This document shows positions 1 through 7,945 of a stretch of 64,000 nucleotides of DNA, in pieces. The DNA comes from a candidate division WOR-3 bacterium (GTDB lineage: Bacteria; Hydrothermota; Tepidihabitantia; Tepidihabitantales; CAIPLT01), in assembly GCA_039801505.1 (NCBI GenBank), contig JBDRUV010000001.1, positions 459,361 to 523,360 on the forward strand. Direction: 5' to 3'. The translations under genes were made by a program, and so were the position numbers. How positions within the stretch are numbered: position 1 is the first letter of the stretch; every line of letters starts with the position of its first letter. Under the pieces are notes generated by a model that saw only the letters and a program-made list of their open reading frames with translations, had not been told where the DNA came from and made no database searches.

Positions 1-224
1 AAATGCCGCTAATAAATTTAATTTCTCATGACGAACTCAGAAAACATTTTGACCCCAAACTAAAATTCGATATTAATGTTGACCCATAGGGTTAATCTTT
101 TGATTGCAATTTTTGTTTCAGGTTTTGTTTTTGGGAGCGGATAACAGATCGATTAGTAAGATTCAGGTAGTCGTAGCTACCGGATTAATCTAGAATTTTT
201 CGATACCCTAAATTACAACTCCGA

Positions 225-285
225 CCTGGTACCGGGTACCGTCCCCGGACGGTCCCCTGGTTTGCCCTACTGTCTACGGTAACTT
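225..285. repeat. GC-rich hairpin core of the spacer-element family (copy A)
   Basis: GGGtACCGTccccggACGGTCCCC at 234-257, followed by tttgCCCTACtgtctACGGTaac. It is flanked by direct repeats of CGGATTAAT at 181-189 and 301-309. Confidence 0.5.
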
Positions 286-466
286 TCGTGAGCACTCAAT
301 CGGATTAATTCTAAGCGCTTGGTTTTCAATATACATTTTAGTCAAATTGGTGACATACCTTAAAAGAAATATCCAGCGTTAAATCGCGCAGTATGTCTTA
401 GTGATTTTGGGGAGATTTATTTTATATGATTACCGGTAAGGAGGGCGCCTATGCGATTAAAAATGC

Positions 467-494
467 TTGACAGTTGGCTAATTTAGGTTAAAAT
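467..494 (+). promoter_or_regulatory. sigma70-type promoter driving tRNA-Gly
   Basis: TTGACA at 467-472, 16-nt spacer, TAAAAT at 489-494. The tRNA 5' end is at 504. Confidence 0.6.
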
Positions 495-503
495 AAAATT
501 AAT

Positions 504-576
504 GCGGGTGTAGCTCATTTGGTAGAGCGCGAGCTTCCCAAGCTCGAGGTCGCGGGTTCGACCCCCGTCACCCGCT
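504..576 (+). tRNA. tRNA-Gly (anticodon CCC)
   Basis: Cloverleaf read by eye. Acceptor GCGGGTG/CACCCGC, D arm GCTC..GAGC, anticodon stem CGAGC/GCTCG with loop TTCCCAA, T arm GCGGG-TTCGACC-CCCGT. No encoded CCA. Confidence 0.9.
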
Positions 577-584
577 TTTTTATT

Positions 585-1430
585 ATGAATGAGGATAATA
601 GAGAAAAAACAAGGCATGCTGCGAAATATTTAATTATAATATTTTTAATTTGGCTCACACTTGGTTTTTCCGCAGTTGATTATACTAACTGGCTGCTGCG
701 CTTTACGATAACTAATAACGCCGCAGAATCCAAAATTCCCCGCACCACGGTAGAAGAATCCGCTAAAGTTGCGATTAGAGCCCTTTATTACAATTGCGAG
801 GGTACAGTTGGTGACTATCTTCAAAAAAACGATAGTATCTTACGTCACTTTTTGCGCCAGCCATTAAAGATAATTCAGACGGATATGAGATTTCTTTCTG
901 ATGGTTTGGTGATTTGTGAATATGAGACGCCCTTAGTTGGTGAGCTCTTAAGGCTTTTAATACCGCCCCGGCAATCCGTCAACTATCTAGTACCGATGCT
1001 TTGTCCATGTTGTAGGCAGCCTTGGCCGGAAAATTTAGCTATATCTGAGGGAATTAAGCTAATTCCCTCAGTTCCAGAAAGTATGCCGAAATATACCGGT
1101 ATCTTAATCGATGCTCGCAATATCAGCATAGGTTTAGCACTGTTTCCCCGGATCATAACCGAAGACGGCTATGAAGTCTTCTCAGTTAATTTTGCCGATC
1201 CGGATTATATTGCCAGTTCTGGGTTAGTTAAGTACCTGTCAGAATCATCAGAGGTACTATTAAACGAACTATGCGGCGACAATCCTTTACGAATAACCGC
1301 CTTAGCTAGCCGAGGTACTAACAATGTTGATATTGTGATTTCTCATAAAGCTGGCCAGATGCTTCATAGTTCGTTAGCGAATTTAGAACTTTTAGAAAAA
1401 TGTCGGGTTGTGGTGTTATATCGTGACTAA
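585..1430 (+). CDS. hypothetical membrane-anchored protein (N-terminal TM helix)
   Basis: ORF 519-1430 trimmed to the ATG at 585, because the first 22 codons overlap the tRNA. It has a hydrophobic N-terminus (YLIIIFLIWLTLGF). I do not confidently recognise a family. Confidence 0.6.
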   Translation: MNEDNREKTRHAAKYLIIIFLIWLTLGFSAVDYTNWLLRFTITNNAAESKIPRTTVEESAKVAIRALYYNCEGTVGDYLQKNDSILRHFLRQPLKIIQTDMRFLSDGLVICEYETPLVGELLRLLIPPRQSVNYLVPMLCPCCRQPWPENLAISEGIKLIPSVPESMPKYTGILIDARNISIGLALFPRIITEDGYEVFSVNFADPDYIASSGLVKYLSESSEVLLNELCGDNPLRITALASRGTNNVDIVISHKAGQMLHSSLANLELLEKCRVVVLYRD

Positions 1431-2214
1431 TAAAGTTCTACCGCTTCAATCAGGAATTATTTATGGTCCGGTTAATTCAAAACGTCTCGGGCGTTCTTTA
1501 GGAATAAATCTATTATCCACCACAAAAAAAATTTGTTCGTTTAACTGCATTTACTGTCATTATGGCCCCACCCATGAACTAACTTGCACGCCGGATGCTT
1601 ATGAGTTACCTTCGGTAAGCAACATTATTCAGGAAATTAGGCTAGCGTTACAAAGTAGTCCTAATATTGATTACCTAACCTTTTCTGGCAATGGCGAGCC
1701 AATGATTTACCCGTTTTTTGCAGAAGTAGTTTCGGAAATTCAAAAACTGCGAGATGAGTTCTGTCCCAAGGTTCCTATTGCCTTATTAAGTAATGCCAGT
1801 TGCCTGGCCAAAGATCTTTTTCTTTCAAGTCTTCAGTTAATTAATGTGCGGATCTTTAAACTCGATACTGCTGATGAAGTGCTTTTTAAAAAGATTAACC
1901 GGCCATATCCCGATATAAAATTAGCTGATATTATTAACGGATTAATAAAACTATCCCGAAAGCTCCCAATAGTTCTCCAGACAATTTTTATGGAAGGCAA
2001 CGTCGACAACACAACACCGGAGGCGCTGGAAAAATGGCTTACAGCAGTAAAAGAGATAAGACCGCAAGAAATTCAGATCTATTCTACAGATCGGCCGGTT
2101 GCCGAACAAGGTATTATTATGGTCAGCGATCAAAAATTACAGGAACTTGCCATATTTATTACCCAAAGAACCGGAATTAAAACCAGACCGTATTTTGCTC
2201 GGCTGGTTAGATAA
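1408..2214 (+). CDS. radical SAM domain protein
   Basis: CxxxCxxC motif (CSFNCIYCHYG) near the N-terminus. The start is uncertain: TTG at 1408, or GTG at 1423 overlapping the upstream stop. Confidence 0.8.
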   Translation: MWCYIVTNKVLPLQSGIIYGPVNSKRLGRSLGINLLSTTKKICSFNCIYCHYGPTHELTCTPDAYELPSVSNIIQEIRLALQSSPNIDYLTFSGNGEPMIYPFFAEVVSEIQKLRDEFCPKVPIALLSNASCLAKDLFLSSLQLINVRIFKLDTADEVLFKKINRPYPDIKLADIINGLIKLSRKLPIVLQTIFMEGNVDNTTPEALEKWLTAVKEIRPQEIQIYSTDRPVAEQGIIMVSDQKLQELAIFITQRTGIKTRPYFARLVR

Positions 2215-2220
2215 TAACAA

Positions 2221-2478
2221 TTAGAATTTGATTAAAAAAATTATGGCTAGAATAATAAATAAAATTGTAAGACCACTTATGGACAGCACAAGACTTACGC
2301 TAAATTCCAAAAAACCTAAATTTACTGTTAAATTTTTAACACCCAAAGAAAATATCTGACAAAGAATTTTGTATACCGGCCCTTGGGGGAAAAACCGCGA
2401 TAAGAGCGTAGAAAGTCCGGAGCCCAGAATTGCACTAATTAAGAGAATAACAATTATTGTGCCAGTTCTACGAGCCAT
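2221..2478 (-). CDS. small integral membrane protein (DUF4321-like)
   Basis: 85 aa with two hydrophobic segments. It is last in the operon after amrS. The family assignment is from memory only. Confidence 0.5.
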   Translation of the reverse strand: MARRTGTIIVILLISAILGSGLSTLLSRFFPQGPVYKILCQIFSLGVKNLTVNLGFLEFSVSLVLSISGLTILFIILAIIFLIKF

Positions 2479-2504
2479 TTTGTTGATTAATTAAAGTAAA
2501 TAGT

Positions 2505-3509
2505 CTATCGTTCCTCGTCAAATATTCCATAAATTTTCGCACCACACTTATTGCATTGATTAGCGCCTTTAATGCCCGTGACAATTGTGTTAAAGTAACC
2601 CCGGTTAACTAATAAATTGCCACAGTTTGGACAATAAGTATTATTGTCATGTCCGCCAATATTCCCCAGATAAACAAAATCGAGTTTTTTTTGCGCAATC
2701 CTTAAAGCTTCTAATAATGTACTTTCCGGCGTATAATGGACATGGAATTTATGATGGGGGAAGTACCGCGTAAAGTGTAGGACAGTATCGCGTCCTAAGC
2801 TTGCGCAATAATCAACTAAAGCTTCAATGTCTTCTCGGGAATCATTTTTAGTAGGTATAATTAAGTTGGTTAATTCCAGATGACAATGCGTTTTTGCTTT
2901 CTTGATAGTGGCTTTTACTGCCTCAAGACTTCCCTTAACAAAATTCCGATAGAACTCTTCACGGATTGATTTTAAATCGATGTTCATGGCGTCAACATAT
3001 GGCAAAAGCTCCTCTAATGGTTTAGAGTTTATCATACCATTAGTGACAAGGACGTTTTTCAGACCCGCCTGGCGAGCAATTTTCATAGTATCTAAAAGAT
3101 ATTCAAACCATATTAGAGGCTCAGAAAAAGTATAGGCGATACCAATCGTTGGATACGTTAAGGCTAGTTTAACTAAATTTTCAGGTGTATAGTATTCGCT
3201 GGGGGCGTGAACTTGAGAGATTTCCCAATTTTGGCAAAATGGACATTGCAGATTACATCCAAAGGTTGCGACCGAAAAAATTGGTGCACCAGGATAAAAA
3301 TGGTACAATGGTTTTTTTTCGATCGGGTCCATAGCAATCGAGACTACTTCGCCGTAGTTTATCGCATATAATTTACCGCCAATATTTTTTCGGCCCAAAC
3401 AACGACCCACCTTCCCGTCAGCAATTTCACAAAAATTTGGACAAAGTTCACACTGCACAAGAGCTTTTTGGTTCTTAGTGATAGTTCGGTAATATCGGGC
3501 TTCAACCAT
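2505..3509 (-). CDS. amrS: AmmeMemoRadiSam-system radical SAM enzyme (PFL-activase-like)
   Basis: N-terminal Cys cluster (CELCPNFCE..GRC), radical SAM motif CNLQCPFCQNW, C-terminal CPNCG..CNKCG. Confidence 0.8.
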   Translation of the reverse strand: MVEARYYRTITKNQKALVQCELCPNFCEIADGKVGRCLGRKNIGGKLYAINYGEVVSIAMDPIEKKPLYHFYPGAPIFSVATFGCNLQCPFCQNWEISQVHAPSEYYTPENLVKLALTYPTIGIAYTFSEPLIWFEYLLDTMKIARQAGLKNVLVTNGMINSKPLEELLPYVDAMNIDLKSIREEFYRNFVKGSLEAVKATIKKAKTHCHLELTNLIIPTKNDSREDIEALVDYCASLGRDTVLHFTRYFPHHKFHVHYTPESTLLEALRIAQKKLDFVYLGNIGGHDNNTYCPNCGNLLVNRGYFNTIVTGIKGANQCNKCGAKIYGIFDEER

Positions 3510-3515
3510 ATTTAC

Positions 3516-4469
3516 TTAATTAATTTCAATTAGTTGTCCATCTCGGGTAATAAGAATGCCTTTAAGATTTAATTCTTTCATGATTGTTAGACCTTTGTCT
3601 TTACCTAGTACAAAAATTGCTGTCGCGTAGGCATCAGCATCTACACATTTATTGGCAATAATTGTAACACTGACTAGGGAATTTGTTTCCTGGATGATTG
3701 GTGTTTTGGTATGAGGGTCTACTATATGAGTATATTTAATCGAATCGCGTGTCCGATAACGTTCGTAACCGCCCGAGGTAGAAACGGCTTTATTTTTAAT
3801 GTTCAAGATCTTTATTACCCCGGCACCCGAAGGATTTTTTATTCCGATTCGAAAAGATTTATTGCCCCAACAGATTATATCGCCCCCAGCATCAATTAAT
3901 CCGTAGGGCACGCCATTGCGTTGTAAGAACTCTGCTGCTTTATCTAAAGCGTAGCCCACAGCAATTCCTCCCAAATCAAGATTCATATGAGGCATTAGAA
4001 AGATCGAATCGCTTTTAATTAGTATTGATTTGTAATTTACAATGCAGCTATCGTTAATTGGTAAAGTTTGAGGGGATTTTAAGTCCTCATACAGTCCCCA
4101 ATTTTTAAGTACCGAGCCCACGGTAATATCAAAGGCACCATCAGTTTTTTCAGCTACTTCAATTGATTTTGCAACCAAGTTTTTTAAGTCAAGTGACATT
4201 TTTCCTCGTCCATAGCGATTGATCATAGCGATTTCGCTTGACTGATTAAACATTGAAGCTACCGAGTCGATGTGACGGAAAATCTTAAAAGTTTCCCGAA
4301 TGAAATTGGAAGCTGCTAATGAATCTTGGGCTGGGATAATAATCTTTACATAACTTCCAAAAATTATACTTTCGTATTGATATTCTTTTAATTTTTTCTG
4401 GCTACAGGATATAATAACAAAGAGAGTGAGTAGAATCTTGAATACGATTTTTTGAAGGCAACGAACCAT
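3516..4469 (-). CDS. apbE: FAD:protein FMN transferase (ApbE family) lipoprotein
   Basis: Lipobox-like signal (LFVIISCSQ). ApbE-like motifs GAFDITVG and DLGGIAVGYALD. Confidence 0.85.
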   Translation of the reverse strand: MVRCLQKIVFKILLTLFVIISCSQKKLKEYQYESIIFGSYVKIIIPAQDSLAASNFIRETFKIFRHIDSVASMFNQSSEIAMINRYGRGKMSLDLKNLVAKSIEVAEKTDGAFDITVGSVLKNWGLYEDLKSPQTLPINDSCIVNYKSILIKSDSIFLMPHMNLDLGGIAVGYALDKAAEFLQRNGVPYGLIDAGGDIICWGNKSFRIGIKNPSGAGVIKILNIKNKAVSTSGGYERYRTRDSIKYTHIVDPHTKTPIIQETNSLVSVTIIANKCVDADAYATAIFVLGKDKGLTIMKELNLKGILITRDGQLIEIN

Positions 4470-4477
4470 TAGAAATT

Positions 4478-4506
4478 ATCCTAAAGATAAAAAACACCAA
4501 TGTCAA
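4478..4506 (-). promoter_or_regulatory. sigma70-type promoter of the apbE-amrS operon (leaderless geometry)
   Basis: On the minus strand: TTGACA (4506-4501), 17-nt spacer, TAGGAT (4483-4478). Only 8 nt separate it from the ATG (4469), and there is no SD. Confidence 0.55.
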
Positions 4507-4533
4507 GATTGAGTGCCTTGCGGAGAATAAAGA

Positions 4534-4565
4534 AGACGAGCAGTTCAAAATTGAACTACTCGTCT
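4534..4565 (-). terminator. intrinsic terminator-like hairpin after the RRM gene
   Basis: 15-bp stem with one mismatch (agacgagcagttcaa / ttgaactactcgtct). On the minus strand it is followed by a T-rich tract (tcttctttattctcc). Confidence 0.55.
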
Positions 4566-4570
4566 TATGG

Positions 4571-4879
4571 TCACCAAGATCGCGCTCTAAATGAACGCTT
4601 TCCGTGTTTTCCTTGGGTCTTTTTAGCGCCAGGTTCCTGAGGGCGGGCAAGAGTTACGACAATCTGACGTCCTTCAAGTTCATATCCATTAAGTTTAGAA
4701 ATTGCATTTTGAGCCGATGCTTCACAATCCATTTCCACAAAAGCAAAACCTCGAGGTCGATTGGTATACCGGTCGGTAATTATGTTTATCGATTGAACAG
4801 TGCCGTATTGACTAAACAATTGATTCAGAGTAGTTTCCTTCGTAGTAAACGGCAGGTTTCCAACAAAGAGTTTACTCAT
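4571..4879 (-). CDS. RRM-type RNA-binding protein (glycine/arginine-rich tail)
   Basis: RNP motifs KLFVGNLPF and RGFAFVEM. The start is set at MSKLFVGN, which has AAGGAG 8 nt upstream. Confidence 0.9.
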   Translation of the reverse strand: MSKLFVGNLPFTTKETTLNQLFSQYGTVQSINIITDRYTNRPRGFAFVEMDCEASAQNAISKLNGYELEGRQIVVTLARPQEPGAKKTQGKHGKRSFRARSW

Positions 4880-5088
4880 TGTTAATACTCCTTTATCTTG
4901 TTTTATATTATTAAACAAGAGATTACTAATGCGGATTTTTTAAAATTACCTTTTTCTTTTTCCGCATTAAAAGATAAAAGGCGTAAAGGGGCGGTTTCAC
5001 AAAAGACGCGGATTTTGAACAATTTTTGTTTTGATACTTCTTTGTCGAAATCCACTAATAAACCGTACTTCATGTATACGCTCACGTT

Positions 5089-5114
5089 CTTTGTATGGGG
5101 AGCCCCCTACAAAG
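5089..5114. repeat. GC-rich hairpin in the RRM-gene/apgM spacer (copy G)
   Basis: CTTTGTAtGGGGagCCCCcTACAAAG has 7+4 bp arms. It shares the GTAGGGG/CCCCTAC theme with copies C and E. Confidence 0.4.
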
Positions 5115-5151
5115 AAGTAGAGGACAATATTATTTGCCCTTTACAATTAAA

Positions 5152-5180
5152 AGTATACAACAAAAATAAAATTATGTCAA
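5152..5180 (-). promoter_or_regulatory. candidate distal promoter for the RRM gene
   Basis: On the minus strand: TTGACA (5180-5175), 17-nt spacer, TATACT (5157-5152). It implies a 5' UTR of roughly 265 nt. Confidence 0.4.
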
Positions 5181-5259
5181 TAATTTTTTGTAACTTGTTT
5201 TACAGGTTTTTAATTCGTAGACCTTGACTTTTGATAGATTTTTTAGAAAAATATCCTCA

Positions 5260-6453
5260 ATGGACATTCTTCAGAAATGTATAAAGCCTAACGAGAAAAG
5301 GATTCTCTTAATTGTCATTGATGGACTAGGGGGTCTACCCTTTGATGGAAAAACTGAACTTGAAACTGCACAGACTCCAAATCTTGACCGTTTGACTAAA
5401 ATCAGTAGTTTAGGTCTTACCTTGCCAGTAGATTATGGGATAACCCCGGGAAGCGGTCCAGCGCATTTGGCGCTATTTGGATATTCGCCTGAAGAGCATG
5501 AAATTGGACGCGGGATTCTAGAAGCACTGGGATTGGGAATAAATATTACTCAAGATGATTTATGCATTAGAGCCAATTTTGCTACGATTAAGAATGGTAT
5601 AATTATTGATCGGCGTGCCGGTAGGATTAGTACTGAAGAAAACCAGCGACTATGTGCAATGTTATCCAGTGAAATTAAATCGATTAACGACGTTGAAATT
5701 ATTATTAAATCTGGCAAGGAACATCGCTTTGTAATTGTCCTGCGCGGTCAGGGTTTAGATACTCGAATTAAGGAAACTGACCCCCAGAAAGAAAATTTGC
5801 CGCCCACAAAAATTGTGCCTTTAGTTCCCGAGGCTCAAAAAACAGCCGATGTGCTCAATGCTTTTTTAGAAAATGCAATGGAAATTTTAAAGAACGAATG
5901 GCCAGCAAATTATCTATTACTTCGAGGATATGCTCAACGTCCCAATTTACCTTCCATAAGCGAGAGATATCAATTAAAACCCGCAGCTATCGCTACTTAT
6001 CCAATGTATAAAGGTATTGCGCGACTTTTAGGAATGGAGGTGTTAACTACTTATGAGACATGGTCCGATGAGATTGAGACTCTACAAAAAAATTATCAGA
6101 ATTTTGATTTTATCTATTTGCATTTTAAAGAAATTGACATAAAAGGCGAAGACGGTGATTTCGATGGTAAAGTAAAACTAATTGAACAATTTGATAACCT
6201 ATTACCTCAAATTTTAGAATTAAATTTCGATGTCGTCTGCATTACTTCAGACCATTCAACGCCCGCAATACTTAAAAGCCATTCCTGGCATCCTAATCCT
6301 TTTCTTCTGTATTCACCCTATGTTATTGGTGATGACCTTGAGAAATTTTCCGAAAGAACCTGCGCGCGAGGTAGTTTAGGAATTTTCCCTCAAACCAAAG
6401 TAATGCCACTACTTTTAGCCCATAGCTTAAAGTTAAATAAATTCGGAGCCTAA
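5260..6453 (+). CDS. apgM: cofactor-independent phosphoglycerate mutase, archaeal/ApgM type
   Basis: Alkaline-phosphatase-superfamily motifs LLIVIDGLGG and ITSDHSTP. The start is at ATG 5260; the alternative is TTG 5224. Confidence 0.8.
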   Translation: MDILQKCIKPNEKRILLIVIDGLGGLPFDGKTELETAQTPNLDRLTKISSLGLTLPVDYGITPGSGPAHLALFGYSPEEHEIGRGILEALGLGINITQDDLCIRANFATIKNGIIIDRRAGRISTEENQRLCAMLSSEIKSINDVEIIIKSGKEHRFVIVLRGQGLDTRIKETDPQKENLPPTKIVPLVPEAQKTADVLNAFLENAMEILKNEWPANYLLLRGYAQRPNLPSISERYQLKPAAIATYPMYKGIARLLGMEVLTTYETWSDEIETLQKNYQNFDFIYLHFKEIDIKGEDGDFDGKVKLIEQFDNLLPQILELNFDVVCITSDHSTPAILKSHSWHPNPFLLYSPYVIGDDLEKFSERTCARGSLGIFPQTKVMPLLLAHSLKLNKFGA

Positions 6454-6454
6454 A

Positions 6455-7945
6455 GTGAAGCCAAAACGCGCAATAATCAGTGTTTGGGACAAGGAGGGAA
6501 TTATTGATATGGCTCGGGTATTAACCAGTTTACAGATTGAACTCATAGCCACATCACAAACCGCAAAGTTGTTGGCCGAGGCTAATATCCCAGTTTGCGA
6601 GGTTAGTAAATTTACCGGAAGCGACGAGATTCTTGGGGGCCGAGTGAAAACCTTGCATCCCAAAATTGCTGCTGGAATATTGTCTTTACGAAAGGAACCC
6701 GATATTTCGCCTATTGATATGGTGGTCTGTAATTTATATCCGTTTGAGCAAGGATTAGAAAATAACCTACCAATTAGCGAGATGATAGAACTAATTGATA
6801 TTGGTGGCGTTACTTTGTTGCGTAGTGGTGCTAAGAATTTTGAATTTGTTACAGTAATTCCTGACAAAAAATATTATCCCCTAGTTGCTAATGAACTTTT
6901 AGCCAACCAAGAGGTTTCGTTAAAAACCAGAGCATTCTTGGCTGCCAAGACTTTTGAGCTCGTTAGTTATTATGATGCATTAATTGCTGGGTATTTTAGC
7001 CAAAGATTCTTATCTGCTGATGATCAGGACTTTTATACCTCAGGGTTTATAAAAAAGTTAAAGTTGCGATACGGAGAAAATCCCCATCAAAAAGGCTGGT
7101 ATTATCAAAGCCCTTTTACTAAGTTTCGATTTCAGCAAATTCATGGCAAAGAGCTTTCTTATAATAATCTTTTGGACTTAGACGCCGCAATTTCCGTGGT
7201 TTGGGAGTTTCGAGATCCGGCATGTGCGATTATAAAACATGGCAGCCCTTGCGGTGTAGCCTTAGGGCCGGAGTTAGAAACGGCCTACAAAAAAGCCCTA
7301 GCAAGCGACCCCGAGTCAGCGTTCGGGGGCATTGTTGCGATGAATCATCCGGTAGACAAACTTGTGGCTCAAGGACTGAGTAGAATGTTTTTAGAAGTGG
7401 TTGCTGCCCCACAATTTCTCCCCGATGCTCAAGACATTTTAAAAAAGAAGAAAAATCTTCGGCTGATTGAGTATTCAGGGGATCTTGATGCTTTGCAGTT
7501 ACGTAGCGTATTAGGGGGTGTTTTAATCCAAGATCGGGATTTAGCTTGGGATGATGTAGGACAGTGGCGAGTAGTATCACGTCGTCAACCGACAGCTCAG
7601 GAATTAGAGGAATTGTTATTTGCGTTTAAGGTCGTAAAATTTGTTAAATCTAACGGCATTGTAATTAGTAAAGATAAGGCTACCGTTGGCATAAGTGGCG
7701 GCCAGACTTCCCGGGTGCGCGCTGTCGAAATTGCCTTAAAAAACGCTCATAATCGTACTGAAAATGCTGTTTTAGCATCGGATGGTTTCTTTCCGTTTCG
7801 GGATTCGATTGATTTGATTGCGAAATCTCAAATAAAAGCAATAGTGGAACCCGGCGGATCGATAAACGACCCAGAAGTAATAAAAGCTGCGGATGAACAC
7901 GATATTTCTTTGGTTTTTAGTGGCGTTAGGCATTTTCGCCATTAA
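6455..7945 (+). CDS. purH: bifunctional AICAR formyltransferase / IMP cyclohydrolase
   Basis: MGS-like N-domain (RAIISVWDKEGI, GGRVKTLHPKI) and a C-terminal AICARFT domain (YGENPHQ). GTG start. Confidence 0.95.
   Translation: MKPKRAIISVWDKEGIIDMARVLTSLQIELIATSQTAKLLAEANIPVCEVSKFTGSDEILGGRVKTLHPKIAAGILSLRKEPDISPIDMVVCNLYPFEQGLENNLPISEMIELIDIGGVTLLRSGAKNFEFVTVIPDKKYYPLVANELLANQEVSLKTRAFLAAKTFELVSYYDALIAGYFSQRFLSADDQDFYTSGFIKKLKLRYGENPHQKGWYYQSPFTKFRFQQIHGKELSYNNLLDLDAAISVVWEFRDPACAIIKHGSPCGVALGPELETAYKKALASDPESAFGGIVAMNHPVDKLVAQGLSRMFLEVVAAPQFLPDAQDILKKKKNLRLIEYSGDLDALQLRSVLGGVLIQDRDLAWDDVGQWRVVSRRQPTAQELEELLFAFKVVKFVKSNGIVISKDKATVGISGGQTSRVRAVEIALKNAHNRTENAVLASDGFFPFRDSIDLIAKSQIKAIVEPGGSINDPEVIKAADEHDISLVFSGVRHFRH

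Noticed and set aside
181-309. A MITE with a 9-bp target-site duplication (CGGATTAAT direct repeats flanking the GC core).
   Set aside because: There are no terminal inverted repeats inside the direct repeats, and the other copies lack comparable flanking duplications. It is kept only as an observation within the family finding.
451-486. An 11-codon micro-ORF (MRLKMLDSWLI) with a textbook SD (AAGGAGG 6 nt upstream) inside spacer A.
   Set aside because: It is too short, overlaps the tRNA-Gly -35/-10 region, and has no equivalent in the other spacers. It is most likely a chance SD-like purine run.
1-503. A genomic island or integrative element next to the tRNA gene.
   Set aside because: I saw no integrase, no duplicated tRNA 3' end (att-like repeat) and no obvious compositional break. 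The downstream genes are ordinary metabolism genes.
519-584. The N-terminal 22 codons of the tracked ORF 519-1430.
   Set aside because: These codons are simply the tRNA-Gly gene read in frame. The CDS was trimmed to the ATG at 585.
4898-5227. A 109-aa plus-strand ORF (and the 60-aa antisense ORF at 4903-5085) in the RRM/apgM spacer.
   Set aside because: The sequence is low-complexity and Phe/Lys/Asn-rich, typical of translated AT-rich spacer. There is no SD, and it starts inside the RRM gene's ribosome-binding region.
6433-6867. A 144-aa ORF antisense to purH. Similar antisense ORFs occur at 7230-7580, 12181-12525, 25647-25964, 27064-27378, 28441-28752, 36356-36715, 37142-37684, 46671-46976, 47670-48062, 48126-48419, 52947-53276, 54683-55012 and 61666-62004.
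   Set aside because: These are shadow ORFs on the opposite strand of confidently identified conserved genes. They have no start signals and their composition (Ser/Pro/Arg-rich or low complexity) mirrors the sense codons.
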